Shown: positions 1-9,321, numbered from the stretch's first letter. The stretch is 32,000 nucleotides of DNA from Bellilinea caldifistulae (GCF_001306055.1 NZ_LGHJ01000024.1:63938-95937); one strand, 5' to 3'. The notes: generated by a model not told the origin, from the sequence alone. Numbers and translations are program-made.

Positions 1-1
1 C

Positions 2-394
2 TCGGTGAGCGATTTACCGCTGGTGCTGTCGTTCAGTTATGACCGCGGGCGTAAGACGATGATGGGGGTCAGCCCAAGCCGCATGGCCGAGGCTGTGACA
101 GACTGGGCGGTGGATGTGTTGGGGATCAACTGCGGGCGCAGTTTGGAGGATAATCTGGCCAATTTGAGGGAGCTGCGGGCTGTAACTTCACTACCAATCT
201 GGTTCAAACCCAACGCTGGCTTGCCGGTCAGCGATGAACAGGGCCGGCTTTCCTATACGATTCAGCCGCAGGACATGGCCGAGGCGCTTCCGGCGTGGCT
301 GGAGGGCGGGGCGCAGGTCATCGGCGGGTGCTGCGGCACCAGCCCGGCGCATCTGAGGGCAATTTCCGGGGCGGTTCACCGCTTGAGGGCGTAA
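2..394 (+). CDS. Homocysteine S-methyltransferase-domain protein, C-terminal fragment (5' end lies upstream of the window)
   Basis: The frame is open from the window edge to TAA at 392-394. The tail ...AQVIGGCCGTSPAHLRAI... carries the GGCCG Cys-Cys zinc-ligand motif typical of the Hcy-binding S-methyltransferase domain (MetH N-terminal module / MmuM / BHMT type). The GTG at 5 in the ORF track is not a credible true start. Confidence 0.8.
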   Translation, partial: SVSDLPLVLSFSYDRGRKTMMGVSPSRMAEAVTDWAVDVLGINCGRSLEDNLANLRELRAVTSLPIWFKPNAGLPVSDEQGRLSYTIQPQDMAEALPAWLEGGAQVIGGCCGTSPAHLRAISGAVHRLRA

Positions 395-405
395 GGGGTT
401 TATTC

Positions 406-2124
406 ATGCTGGCTGTACTTGCCTTCGCGCTGATTTTCTTCCCCCTGTGCGGTTTGTATGGGAGGGCATATCTACGGCTGGCGGCGCGCATTCTGAGGTT
501 TGAACCGGGGGAAGACAACCCTACCGTAACCCTGCTGGCGGGGATCATTGCCCTGACGACACTGGCGGGCGGTCTTTCTCTGGCGTTACCGCTGGATTGG
601 CGGGCTTTCAGCGTGCTGATTCTTGGGGGGGCGGCCATTTTTCTGGTCGGCTCGCGCGGTGGCTGGCTGACTCTGCGGCAGCCGACCTTACCGCGCCTGA
701 GCGGCTGGAATTGGATTGCCGGGCTGGTGCTGGCGTTGGCCCTGCTGACCGTGCTGGAAAACGCCACTCACCAGGTTGCCAACCCGGATACCGGTATCTA
801 CCATGCTCAAGCCATTCGCTGGATGGAAGAATTCCCGGTGGTGGCAGGGTTGGGAAACCTGCACAGCCGATTTGCCTATAACTCGCACTGGCTGGTACTG
901 AATGCGGTATTCAGTCTGGCTTTTTGGGGCGGACAATCGCTGCATCTGGTGGGGGCAATGCTGTTTGGGCTGGCTGTGTGGGATTTTGGCAACGGCCTGC
1001 GGCGCTGGCTGTTGGGTGAACGGAGCATTGCCAACGGTTTAAGGACGCTGCTCCTGCCGCTTTCGTTCTATTTGCTGGGTTCACAGACTTCCTCGCCCGG
1101 TACGGATTTACCGGTCATCCTGATATTATGGCTGATCATTCCATTGTGGCTGGAGCAGGGTTCGATCTCACCGCCACAGTCTTCGATCCGCGCGCTTTTG
1201 ATCTTCAGCGCAGCCGTCTTTTTGTTGACGGTGAAACTTTCAGCCTTGCCGTTGTTGCTGCTGGCGGGCTGGCTGATGCTGGTGGATGTCCGGCATCAAC
1301 CGGGACGAATTTTACGCTGGGGATTTTTAGGATTGTTTTTACTGCTGCCCTGGCTGGCGCGGAATGTGATCCTCTCGGGGTATTTGATCTATCCTTTTCC
1401 TGCGCTGGACTGGTTCAATGTGGACTGGAAAATCCCCTACGAAACGGCTTTACGCGAGTCGCAAATCATCCGCGCCTGGGCGCGCCTGCCGAATGTGGAT
1501 GCCAGCCGGGTATTGGAGATGCCGCTGGTCGAGTGGTTGCCGGTCTGGTTCAGCGACCGGACGACCAATCAGCGCCTGATCCTGCTCCTGGCGGCCATCT
1601 CGCCGGCGGGAATGGGTGGAGTATGGCTGCTTGCCCGCTTGAAGAAGGGGCACTGGACCGGTCAGGAAAGTGGGTGGATAGGTGCGTATCTGTTTTCGAT
1701 GGCGGGGGCGCTCTACTGGCTTTTCAATGCGCCGGATTTACGCTTTGGGTACGGTTGGGTGATTTTATTGATCGCCCTCCCACTGGCAGGCTTGATGAGC
1801 AGACTGGTGGGCGGCTTGCAGGGCAGTCCGGAGTTGATGGTCAAAATTTTGCTGGGGGTTGGGATGCTGGCGGTTCACCTCTATTTCCTGACGGCTTCTT
1901 TTGAGGGCAGGACTTTTTCTCAACGCTGGCTGCTGCCGCCGGATTACCCGCTTCATGCTACCGTTCCCTGCCCGTTGGAAAACGGGACGGTGCTGTGCGC
2001 CGGTGAAGAAAGTTATACGCAATGTTATTACCATCCGTTCCCCTGCATCCCCAAGCCGATTGAAGGGGTGGAGATGCGCGGAACGGATTGGGGGGATGGG
2101 TTTCGCGCAGTGTCTGTGCCATAA
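406..2124 (+). CDS. Large polytopic integral membrane protein with Cys-rich C-terminal extracytoplasmic tail (function unknown; envelope polymerase/GT-C-like architecture only)
   Basis: ORF 295..2124. Bases 295-405 largely overlap the preceding gene, and the first ATG after its stop is 406 (MLAVLAFALIFFPL...). Many hydrophobic helices run through ~aa 520, followed by CPLENGTVLCAGEESYTQCYYHPFPC (6 Cys). I can name no catalytic motif. Confidence 0.7.
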   Translation: MLAVLAFALIFFPLCGLYGRAYLRLAARILRFEPGEDNPTVTLLAGIIALTTLAGGLSLALPLDWRAFSVLILGGAAIFLVGSRGGWLTLRQPTLPRLSGWNWIAGLVLALALLTVLENATHQVANPDTGIYHAQAIRWMEEFPVVAGLGNLHSRFAYNSHWLVLNAVFSLAFWGGQSLHLVGAMLFGLAVWDFGNGLRRWLLGERSIANGLRTLLLPLSFYLLGSQTSSPGTDLPVILILWLIIPLWLEQGSISPPQSSIRALLIFSAAVFLLTVKLSALPLLLLAGWLMLVDVRHQPGRILRWGFLGLFLLLPWLARNVILSGYLIYPFPALDWFNVDWKIPYETALRESQIIRAWARLPNVDASRVLEMPLVEWLPVWFSDRTTNQRLILLLAAISPAGMGGVWLLARLKKGHWTGQESGWIGAYLFSMAGALYWLFNAPDLRFGYGWVILLIALPLAGLMSRLVGGLQGSPELMVKILLGVGMLAVHLYFLTASFEGRTFSQRWLLPPDYPLHATVPCPLENGTVLCAGEESYTQCYYHPFPCIPKPIEGVEMRGTDWGDGFRAVSVP

Positions 2125-2194
2125 AGGGCACCCATTGTGAATCAAAAAATAGGGGAAATCCCGCATGACAGCATAAGCCTGCGGAGGTATAAAT

Positions 2195-2223
2195 TTGCAT
2201 GTCGGTTGATACAGCCGTATTCA
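2195..2223 (+). promoter_or_regulatory. Possible sigma70-type promoter for the small membrane protein gene
   Basis: TTGCAT (2195-2200), 17-nt spacer, TATTCA (2218-2223), ~30 nt upstream of ATG 2255. Both hexamers are imperfect. Confidence 0.3.
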
Positions 2224-2254
2224 AATTTTCAAAAGGAAAGGATGCTCTCAGATC

Positions 2255-2584
2255 ATGAACCAAACATATCAGCAAAGCGAGGATACGGGAAAGCCTTTTC
2301 AGGGTCTCAGGAACTTAAGCGTTATTTGCAGTATTCTGGGGTATCTTTCGTTTCTCGGTGGTTTTGTGATGGCAAGCATGACGAGTCACAATGCGTATAA
2401 TTCGTATGATGATCCTGTTTTACCCTTTGTTTTGTGGTTTAGTGTGGGATTCGTGGGCGGTATCGGGTATTTGATTATCGCGGATGTACTCAAATTGTTC
2501 GTTTCCGCCAAAGAAAATCTGGATGAGTTGCTGATCAGCGCACGCGAAATTGCTACTCACCTGAGAGAGGCGCGTGAAAAATAA
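2255..2584 (+). CDS. Small hypothetical membrane protein (2 predicted TM helices plus C-terminal amphipathic helix)
   Basis: 109-aa ORF with two hydrophobic segments (LSVICSILGYLSFLGGFVMA; VLPFVLWFSVGFVGGIGYLIIADVL). It has a purine-rich AAAGGAAAGGA upstream and a strong terminator right after it. It is AT-richer than its neighbours. No family recognised. Confidence 0.6.
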   Translation: MNQTYQQSEDTGKPFQGLRNLSVICSILGYLSFLGGFVMASMTSHNAYNSYDDPVLPFVLWFSVGFVGGIGYLIIADVLKLFVSAKENLDELLISAREIATHLREAREK

Positions 2585-2592
2585 TCCTTCAA

Positions 2593-2623
2593 AAACAAGC
2601 CCCGCTTCAAGCGGGGCTTGTTT
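2593..2623. terminator. Bidirectional intrinsic terminator between convergent genes
   Basis: Perfect stem AAACAAGCCCCGC (2593-2605), loop TTCAA, stem GCGGGGCTTGTTT (2611-2623). A/T runs on both sides give a U-tract in either orientation. It sits between the stops at 2584 (+) and 2626 (-). Confidence 0.8.
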
Positions 2624-2625
2624 GA

Positions 2626-3219
2626 TCAGGGGGACAACACATCCAGCGGATTGATGTTCTGCCCGATACGCTTGTCAAAGATGTTCAGGTGGGTATGGTA
2701 ACCGCAATCGCGGTTGCGGCAGGATTGCCCGCGCCAGTCCACCGTGTAGCCGTGGTTGCTTTCATATCCAACCGTCTCGCCAATTTGCAGGTTTTGACCA
2801 ACCTCTACAACATAATCGCCGTGCAGCATGAGCACCTGCCAGACTTCGTTTTCAAGGATTAAGGTGGTGTTGCCGTACTGGTCAATGTAGAGAGCGGTAA
2901 CCGTACCGTTGATCGGCGCCAATATGGGAGCGCCTTTGCCGGCGGTCAGGTCAATGGCAAAATGCCCGTAGGATTGCCCGTGTGGACCCTGAGTCAGAAT
3001 GTATTCGTCATACGGGGCGCGGATCGTCAGTGGATCGGGAGGGGCATTGGCGGGCGGGGCGGGCGGGGGGGAGGTGGTTGGCTGGTCTGGGGTGGCTGGG
3101 ATGTGAGTCAGCGGGGTTGCGCTGGCCGTCTGGCGGTCATGTAACAGGTTAAACAGTAGAAACAGCATGATGACCAGGGCTGTGACCGATAAACTGTTGG
3201 AGGATGGAGAGCGGGACAT
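2626..3219 (-). CDS. M23 family (LytM-type) metallopeptidase, membrane-anchored with Pro-rich linker
   Basis: N-terminal TM (LSVTALVIMLFLLFNLL) and a Pro-rich linker (TSPPPAPPANAPPDP). It has the HxxxD motif (HFAID) and the HxH motif (HTHLN) of peptidase M23. AAGGAG lies 7 nt upstream of ATG 3219. Confidence 0.85.
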   Translation of the reverse strand: MSRSPSSNSLSVTALVIMLFLLFNLLHDRQTASATPLTHIPATPDQPTTSPPPAPPANAPPDPLTIRAPYDEYILTQGPHGQSYGHFAIDLTAGKGAPILAPINGTVTALYIDQYGNTTLILENEVWQVLMLHGDYVVEVGQNLQIGETVGYESNHGYTVDWRGQSCRNRDCGYHTHLNIFDKRIGQNINPLDVLSP

Positions 3220-3260
3220 GCGGTTTCTCCTTATGAATTAGAAAAAATGTTCTATATTTG

Positions 3261-3269
3261 ATTATATCA
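3261..3269 (-). promoter_or_regulatory. Extended -10 promoter element for the M23 peptidase gene
   Basis: The minus strand reads TGATATAAT (TGnTATAAT extended -10) about 42 nt upstream of ATG 3219. There is no good -35, which is compatible with the extended -10 class. Confidence 0.4.
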
Positions 3270-3333
3270 TAGTTCTCGATCCGTTGTTCCATCCATTTCA
3301 CGAGGAATTACGAAAAGAGTAATCTGGTTTACC

Positions 3334-3361
3334 TTGACAGGATCGAAAAAGTCGTTATACT
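3334..3361 (+). promoter_or_regulatory. Sigma70-type promoter of the ArsR-MFS operon
   Basis: Consensus -35 TTGACA (3334-3339), 16-nt spacer, -10 TATACT (3356-3361), ~30 nt upstream of ATG 3391 in an AT-rich divergent intergenic region. Confidence 0.55.
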
Positions 3362-3390
3362 GTTGTTTATCGTAAAAAATAATTTTAGCG

Positions 3391-4035
3391 ATGAAGAGAT
3401 GTCAAATGGAAAAATCTTCTCCCCCGGCATTTGTCATTCGAGATATGGAAACCATGCGGGTCATTTCCGACCCGATTCGTGCCCAAATCTTTGAAGCCTT
3501 ACTTCATCAAGCCCAAACCGTGCGGCAGGTGGCCGAAAAACTGGGCATGAGCGCCAGTAAGTTATATTACCACTTCAATTTGCTCGAAAAATTCGGCTTT
3601 ATTCGCGTACAGGAAACCCGTCAGGTGGGTAACTTGATTGAGAAGATCTATGCGGTAACTTCGCCGACCATTGATGTGGATCCGGATTTGTTTTCCTTCC
3701 CATCCGGAGAGCACAATGAGCAAATTCTCACCATTATACGGGATACGATTGATGCCACCCGTGAGGATTTGTTGCGCAGTTTGCAAGCCCGTCTGTACGC
3801 ATTGGAACAAGGTCAGCCGCCAAAGCCCCGGCGGGTTGTTCTCAATCGCCTCCGCTCCAACCTCAGCGACGAACAGGCGGCTCGCCTGCTGAACAGAATC
3901 GAAGAATTACTCAAGGAATTTGAGCAATCCGATGAAAAAGAAAGCCAGGACAATCAGCCTTATTCGCTGATGATTGCTTTTTATCCAAGTTTTTATTACC
4001 CCGCCGAAAGTCATTCGGGCAACTCGGAGGAATGA
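3391..4035 (+). CDS. ArsR/SmtB-family winged-helix transcriptional regulator
   Basis: ISDPIRAQIFEALLHQAQTVRQVAEKLGMSASKLYYHFNLLEKFGFIRV is a typical ArsR-type HTH. The C-terminal ~110 aa are helical and acidic. An alternative start at ATG 3406 is possible. It overlaps the MFS gene in ATGA. Confidence 0.85.
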   Translation: MKRCQMEKSSPPAFVIRDMETMRVISDPIRAQIFEALLHQAQTVRQVAEKLGMSASKLYYHFNLLEKFGFIRVQETRQVGNLIEKIYAVTSPTIDVDPDLFSFPSGEHNEQILTIIRDTIDATREDLLRSLQARLYALEQGQPPKPRRVVLNRLRSNLSDEQAARLLNRIEELLKEFEQSDEKESQDNQPYSLMIAFYPSFYYPAESHSGNSEE

Positions 4036-5414
4036 TGAACACCGATTGGCAACCGCGCAACATGCGTACTTTTCTGGTCATCTGGATAGGTCAGGTGATC
4101 TCGATTATCGGTTCGGGTCTCACCAGCTTTGCGTTAGGTGTGTGGATCTTTCAACAAACCGGCCAGGCCACTCCGTTTGCGATTACGGTTTTGTTCGGGA
4201 CATTGCCACGTATCTTACTGACACCGCTGGCGGGCTCGCTGGCAGACCGTTGGAATCGACGCTGGTTGATGATTCTGGCGGATAGCGGTAATGCGCTGGT
4301 CACGCTGGTGGTGGTATTTCTGGTGATGACCGATTCATTACAAGTCTGGAATATTTATCTGGTAGCGCTGGCCGGTGCATTGTTTGCCGCTTTTCAAGAA
4401 CCGGCTTACACCGCCTCGATCACCATGCTGGTACCGAAAAAGGATCTGGCGCGTGCCAGCGGTTTGATGCAGGTAGCCCAATCTATGGAGATGCTGGTTG
4501 CGCCATTGCTGGCGGGGATTCTCTTTGGAGTGATTGGGTTGAGAGGCATTGTTCTGATTGACTTTCTCACCTACTTTTTTGCGGTGGGCGCTTTGCTGAT
4601 TGTGCGCATTCCGCAGCCGCCGCTAACCACTCAGGCTGAGCAGGATGGGCGGGGTAGAATCTGGCGAGATGCCCTGTTTGGCTGGCAGTACCTGCGGCAG
4701 CGCCGGGGTTTGTTCAATTTATTGCTGTACTTCGCACTGGTCAATTTTCTGTTGAACCTTGCCAGTGTCCTGACCGGGCCGCTGGTGCTTTCGTTTTCTA
4801 CCCCGGCTGTGTTGGGTGCGGTTCAGACGGCCACTGGTTTTGGTATGCTGATTGGCAGTTTGGTTTTGGGGGTATGGGGCGGCCCAAAGCGGCGGATTTA
4901 CGGGGTGATGGGTTTTATCGGGTTGGGCAGTCTGGCTGTTTTGGTGATTGGCCTGCGGGCCAACCCCTTCTGGATTGCGGGCGGCTTCTTCGTGTTCCTT
5001 TTCTCGATTCCGATTGCTTCGGGATTAAGTCAGGCGATTTTTCAGACCAAAGTGGCTCCCGATGTACAGGGCAGGGTATTTGCCATCCGCAGCCTGATCT
5101 CCCGCTCGATCATGCCGCTGGCTTTTTTAATGGCGGGTCCGCTGGCCGATCAGGTATTCGAACCGTTGATGCAAGCGGGCGGATTGCTGGCCGAGAGTTT
5201 GCCCGGCACGCTGATTGGGGTCGGTGCCGGGCGGGGCATCGGCCTGATGTTTGTGATCTCCGGTATTCTTTTAATGGTGGCGACAGGATTTGCTTTTCTG
5301 AATCCCTCCATCCGTAATCTGGAAATTGAATTACCGGATGCCTTACCGGAAGAAACCTTAACCAAACCCATGCCGGAGCAAGTCCCGCCGGTGACTGCAC
5401 TTGCGGAAGATTGA
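4032..5414 (+). CDS. MFS transporter (EntS/MFS_3-like efflux family)
   Basis: 460 aa with ~12 hydrophobic helices. The N-terminus (FLVIWIGQVISIIGSGLTSFALGVWIF, LAGSLADRWNRR) resembles the MFS_3/DUF894 efflux group. Its start overlaps the ArsR stop (ATGATG at 4032-4037, GGAGG at 4026-4030). Confidence 0.9.
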   Translation: MMNTDWQPRNMRTFLVIWIGQVISIIGSGLTSFALGVWIFQQTGQATPFAITVLFGTLPRILLTPLAGSLADRWNRRWLMILADSGNALVTLVVVFLVMTDSLQVWNIYLVALAGALFAAFQEPAYTASITMLVPKKDLARASGLMQVAQSMEMLVAPLLAGILFGVIGLRGIVLIDFLTYFFAVGALLIVRIPQPPLTTQAEQDGRGRIWRDALFGWQYLRQRRGLFNLLLYFALVNFLLNLASVLTGPLVLSFSTPAVLGAVQTATGFGMLIGSLVLGVWGGPKRRIYGVMGFIGLGSLAVLVIGLRANPFWIAGGFFVFLFSIPIASGLSQAIFQTKVAPDVQGRVFAIRSLISRSIMPLAFLMAGPLADQVFEPLMQAGGLLAESLPGTLIGVGAGRGIGLMFVISGILLMVATGFAFLNPSIRNLEIELPDALPEETLTKPMPEQVPPVTALAED

Positions 5415-5433
5415 AATTTACCAGACATACCCA

Positions 5434-6375
5434 TCAGAGCGTTTGATCCGGTTTGTTTTTGCGCAGGTTGACCAGCAGGGGTAAGAACAAAGCCCCCGGC
5501 AGACTGGCGCCTACAAACAGCAATCGCATCATCAGGCTGAGGGTGAGGGTATTTTCCAGTGGCACGCCCCCAAAAGTGTGATAGAGGTAGGAAATGGAAA
5601 CTTCTTGCAAGCCCAGTCCGTTAATCGAAATCGGCAACAGGGTGATGAAGTAGGACAAACTCCACAATCCGCCAATCTGCCAGAAATCGAGCGGTGAATT
5701 CATGGCCTTCAACAACAGGCTAACGCTGATAAAAGTACACCCCATGTGACCCAGGGTGGCGGCAAAAGCCCCTATCAGGCCGAGCGGGTGGCGCAGCCAG
5801 TGCCGCAGGCTGGCGAGAACCTGGCTGAGGAATTGCCTGATTTTCTCAAACCAGCGCGAGGAGAAGGGAAGAAATCCCGCTAATAGTCCGCTTAAACCGG
5901 CGGTCGGGTTATTCAAAATACTGAGTAAACCGGCCGGCAGCATCACCATCATGCCGGCCATGCCGATCAACCGGTCGGCGACCAGCGAAGCCGCGCTCAA
6001 ACCGGCATCTACCCGCAGCATGACAGCCCCCGCCAGCCGGACGACATCGCCCCCGATTGTGGAAGGCAGAAAATTGGAGGCAAACAAGCCGACAAAAACC
6101 AGTTCAAAGATTTCCTTGAAAGAGACCGGGGCCTTTGCCGAGCGTAGCAGAACGTACCAGCGTAGCACCACACACACGCGGGAGAGCAGCATGATTCCTA
6201 GGGTCAGCAAGAACACCGGCAGTGGGATACGCCTGACGGCGGCAACGACTTCCTCCCACCCCTGCTGACGCACCAAACCGATTAACAATATCACGGAAAG
6301 AAGCGTCCCTCCCAACTGGAAGATTGGTTTCCAGTTGAAAGACCGGCTGGTTTTGGCAGGGGGTTGATGGCTCAT
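5434..6375 (-). CDS. Flippase-like membrane protein (lysyl-phosphatidylglycerol synthase TM-region / UPF0104 family)
   Basis: The start is set at the internal ATG 6375, which overlaps the stop of the upstream gene as ATGA (6372-6375). The N-terminal pattern KPIFQLGGTLLSVILLIGLV...LLSRVCVVLRWYVLL and ~8 TM helices are typical of the LPG_synthase_TM family. Confidence 0.75.
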   Translation of the reverse strand: MSHQPPAKTSRSFNWKPIFQLGGTLLSVILLIGLVRQQGWEEVVAAVRRIPLPVFLLTLGIMLLSRVCVVLRWYVLLRSAKAPVSFKEIFELVFVGLFASNFLPSTIGGDVVRLAGAVMLRVDAGLSAASLVADRLIGMAGMMVMLPAGLLSILNNPTAGLSGLLAGFLPFSSRWFEKIRQFLSQVLASLRHWLRHPLGLIGAFAATLGHMGCTFISVSLLLKAMNSPLDFWQIGGLWSLSYFITLLPISINGLGLQEVSISYLYHTFGGVPLENTLTLSLMMRLLFVGASLPGALFLPLLVNLRKNKPDQTL

Positions 6376-8366
6376 TTTGGCACCAGCACTTGCAGGTTTT
6401 GCTCCCCAAAATAGGCTTCTTCGCCATAATATTCTAAAATTGGAAAGGCGATGCGGTCCACCCACAGGTTATTTTCTTCGGCAAAGGGGTCAATTTTTGG
6501 CCTCTGATAACCGGGGTTCAGGCGGTCTACAATGATCATTGAAAACCGCCGGTTCCGCAAATCGGCGTAGAACCGTTCCAGGAGGGTGCGGTTATTGGAG
6601 ATGGAAGCCTCGGAGAGCAAAAGCAGTTCATAATCGGCCACCAATGGGACATCTTTGACGTAGCCAAATGTCAGCAAGTGACGCTGGGAGATAAACAAAA
6701 CCTCACCTCGTCGAGCTGCACTGCCAATCAGCTGGTTCAGGGTGTTCAAAGTGACCCGGGCTTGCTGCAGATCTTTGGGGGCTGGTAGTGAAAACTCAGC
6801 CAGTGACCAGACCACCGGTACACTGAGGGCCAGTAAGAGCAAGGCGGTGGGGCGCAGGGGGGTGGCGGATAAAGAAATCTGATCGGGGGTGGCTTTGCCG
6901 AACAGGAAGTACGCACCGATCAGCATCAACACCACAAAATAAGCATCCAGATTATGCAGATTACTACCGCCGCCGATTTTGGTACTGACCACCAGCCCGC
7001 CAATCAGCAGCACCGCTCCAATTCCTGCCAGGCCGAGTAATCGCAGGGGATGCCAGCCGGCCGCCTGCCGCAAGGTGTTGAGGGCGATTAGCATCAGTAA
7101 TGGCAGCGAGATGATCAAACCCAGCGGTAAAATCCCCCACCCGGAAGTGGCGCTGGGCATTAAACGATGCCAAAGCAGTGAGGAAGTAAAACTGGAAGCG
7201 AATAAACTGGGGTCCTGATTACCGGAAAGGGGAATGTAGGCTGCCTGAGCGGCAAGCGCAGTGAGGAGACCAGCCGACCCCCATAGCAGCGGACGGGCAA
7301 AATAGGCAAAAAGATTGGGATGGTTCTGGTAGGGCGTTTCGAGAAGGTAAATGGAGATGGCCAGCATGGCCGGTACGGGAAACCAGTTGACCCGGCTAAG
7401 GCCGGCCCAGATGGACGCAATGATTACCATCCCCAGCGTCTGAAACGGGCGGCGGCGATGATAACCGAGCAAGACCGGCAGGATGCACAGATGCAGGTGA
7501 TAATAAACCGGCCCCTGCATCAGAAAGAGAAAAGCCCACAATGTCGTACCCGCCACCAGCGGGGCGGAGCGCAGGCCAAGCCGGCGGCTCAATGCCCAGC
7601 CGGTAGCCAGATTCATGCCGATCCACAAGATAACCTGCCAGAGGCGATGAAACCACAATGGTGAATCGGGGATGAGGTAGGCTAAACTGAGCAGCAAGTA
7701 TCGGGAAGCATGCAGCGGAGAAAGTGGGACTGAGAAGCCGTAGATTTGTTTCGCAAACGGCAATGAGGCGTAGTAGTACCGGCTGGCCTCCGACCAGCCC
7801 AGGGTAAAAGGATAGGGGCTGACTTTGGCTGCGTAAGTCAATAAAACGGCCAGAAAGCCGCCAATCAGCATTCCCACACTGAGCGCCCAGAAATAACTGA
7901 TCCGCCCGGCTGCAATCAGGAACAGGCAAGTTACACCGGCGGCCATCCAGAGGAGCCACAGACGGTCGGTGAGGGCGGTGAAGTGCTTGACAAACAAGAA
8001 GTCCATCAAAAAAGCGGTCAGCAGCCAGCCGGCAACGTAGAACAGGTAGTTCCACCATCCCAACCGGCTGAAAAATTGAATCAGCCGTTCAGCAAAGAAG
8101 GTCAGGCGAGGGCGGCTGCCGCTTTGTAAAGCGAACCACAGCAGCAGGCAGGTCAGGCTGATGAAGAAGCAGACGGCGATCAGCACACTCCACTGCCACG
8201 AGTAACGTACAATAAACCAGCCCGAAAAACGGCCTTTTTCAAGCAAATCTGGCAGAGTCAGCAGACCAAAAATACCGCCCAGCAGCAACCACACCCGGAT
8301 TGCCAGCAAATTCCGCACCGGTTCGGCGGGCAGAGGCAGGGCAGCGGTTTCAACGGTCTGATTCAT
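6372..8366 (-). CDS. Large GT-C-like membrane protein (putative polyprenyl-phosphate-sugar-dependent glycosyltransferase) with C-terminal soluble domain
   Basis: The start is set at ATG 8366 (MNQTVETAAL...), a 17-nt overlap with the GT2 gene. About 14 or more TM helices are followed by a ~150-aa hydrophilic C-terminal domain. The functional call rests on architecture and on its position between a GT2 and a flippase-like gene, not on a named motif. Confidence 0.7.
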   Translation of the reverse strand: MNQTVETAALPLPAEPVRNLLAIRVWLLLGGIFGLLTLPDLLEKGRFSGWFIVRYSWQWSVLIAVCFFISLTCLLLWFALQSGSRPRLTFFAERLIQFFSRLGWWNYLFYVAGWLLTAFLMDFLFVKHFTALTDRLWLLWMAAGVTCLFLIAAGRISYFWALSVGMLIGGFLAVLLTYAAKVSPYPFTLGWSEASRYYYASLPFAKQIYGFSVPLSPLHASRYLLLSLAYLIPDSPLWFHRLWQVILWIGMNLATGWALSRRLGLRSAPLVAGTTLWAFLFLMQGPVYYHLHLCILPVLLGYHRRRPFQTLGMVIIASIWAGLSRVNWFPVPAMLAISIYLLETPYQNHPNLFAYFARPLLWGSAGLLTALAAQAAYIPLSGNQDPSLFASSFTSSLLWHRLMPSATSGWGILPLGLIISLPLLMLIALNTLRQAAGWHPLRLLGLAGIGAVLLIGGLVVSTKIGGGSNLHNLDAYFVVLMLIGAYFLFGKATPDQISLSATPLRPTALLLLALSVPVVWSLAEFSLPAPKDLQQARVTLNTLNQLIGSAARRGEVLFISQRHLLTFGYVKDVPLVADYELLLLSEASISNNRTLLERFYADLRNRRFSMIIVDRLNPGYQRPKIDPFAEENNLWVDRIAFPILEYYGEEAYFGEQNLQVLVPK

Positions 8367-9321
8367 GGATCCGGTGATGGCCTGGCAGGAGTTTGCGGAT
8401 GGTGTAGGTGGGTTTGCCCTGCGATTCGTGGTAAGTGCGCACCAGCAGTTCGGCAATCAGCCCCATCAAGATGGACTGAAAGCCGAGAATGAACACCATG
8501 GTGCTCATCTGGAAGATGGGTGAATCCAGCACCGGGATTTGGAAAAACACCCGCCGCACAAATAATACCAGCAGGGTGATCAGGCTGATCAGAATCAGAA
8601 TGAAACCCGCCCCGCCGAACAGGTAAATGGGTTTATTACCGTAACTGCTCAGGAACTTGACCGTGATCAAATCCAGAATGACCTTGATGGTGCGTTCCAA
8701 GCCGTATTTGGCTTTGCCGAACCGGCGCGGGTGATGGCGCACGGGCACTTCGAGGATCTTTGCCCCAACTGAGTGGGCATACACCGGGATAAACCGGTGC
8801 ATTTCCCCGTACAACTTGAATCCGGTGATGACCTCGCGGCGATAGGCTTTGAGCGTGCAGCCGTAATCGTGTAAGTGAACGCCGGTTGTTTTGGAAATCA
8901 GCCAGTTGGCGATGCGTGAAGGCAGTGTACGGGTGAGAAATTGATCCTGACGGTCTATCCGCCAGCCGCTGACCACATCATAACCCTCTTGCAATTTTTC
9001 CAGCATGTGGGGAATGTCAGCCGGGTCGTTCTGCAGGTCGGCATCCAGCAGAACGATCATTTCACCGCAGGAGTGGTCAATGCCGGCGGCGATGGCAGCG
9101 GTTTGCCCAAAGTTGCGCCGCAGCAACACACCCCGCACGTGATCGGGATCGGATTGGTGAAGTCCTTCGATGATGCGCGGGCTGGCATCCCTGCTGCCGT
9201 CATCTACCAACACCATTTCCCAGGTCAGGTTGAGCGGGTCTAAGGCCTGATGGACTGCCTGGTGCAGTAAAGGTAGGGATTCTTCTTCGTTATATACCGG
9301 GATGATCACCGAAAGGTCCAT
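8350..9321 (-). CDS. Family 2 glycosyltransferase, polyprenyl-phosphate sugar synthase type (ArnC/GtrB/DPM1-like) with two C-terminal TM helices
   Basis: MDLSVIIPVYNEEESL, VLVDDGSRD and LDADLQNDP (the DxD motif) are GT2 hallmarks. The C-terminal helices are IYLFGGAGFILILISLITLLVLF and MVFILGFQSILMGLIAELLV. ATG 9321 is preferred over the TTG 9327 used by the ORF track. Confidence 0.9.
   Translation of the reverse strand: MDLSVIIPVYNEEESLPLLHQAVHQALDPLNLTWEMVLVDDGSRDASPRIIEGLHQSDPDHVRGVLLRRNFGQTAAIAAGIDHSCGEMIVLLDADLQNDPADIPHMLEKLQEGYDVVSGWRIDRQDQFLTRTLPSRIANWLISKTTGVHLHDYGCTLKAYRREVITGFKLYGEMHRFIPVYAHSVGAKILEVPVRHHPRRFGKAKYGLERTIKVILDLITVKFLSSYGNKPIYLFGGAGFILILISLITLLVLFVRRVFFQIPVLDSPIFQMSTMVFILGFQSILMGLIAELLVRTYHESQGKPTYTIRKLLPGHHRIHESDR

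Noticed and set aside
295-405. 5' extensions proposed by the ORF track (295-405; also 6376-6465, 8367-8456, 10509-10535, 19858-19995, 25441-25470, 28002-28262, 30870-30980).
   Set aside because: The extensions overlap the preceding gene or an intergenic promoter, encode Arg/Pro/Cys-rich non-protein-like sequence, and lack an SD. Internal starts give coupled junctions (ATGA/GTGA overlaps) or good SD spacing, plus sensible N-termini such as signal peptides or conserved family N-termini.
2137-2400. 87-aa ORF overlapping the start of the small membrane protein gene.
   Set aside because: It is in a different frame from 2255..2584, which yields two clean TM helices and runs up to the strong terminator. 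The 2137 frame gives a hydrophilic sequence with no features and starts inside the putative promoter.
3000-3110. GGCGGG/GGGGGG reiterations that looked like a tandem repeat.
   Set aside because: This is the antisense of the Pro-rich linker (TSPPPAPPANAPPDP) of the M23 peptidase. It is coding low complexity, not an independent repeat element.
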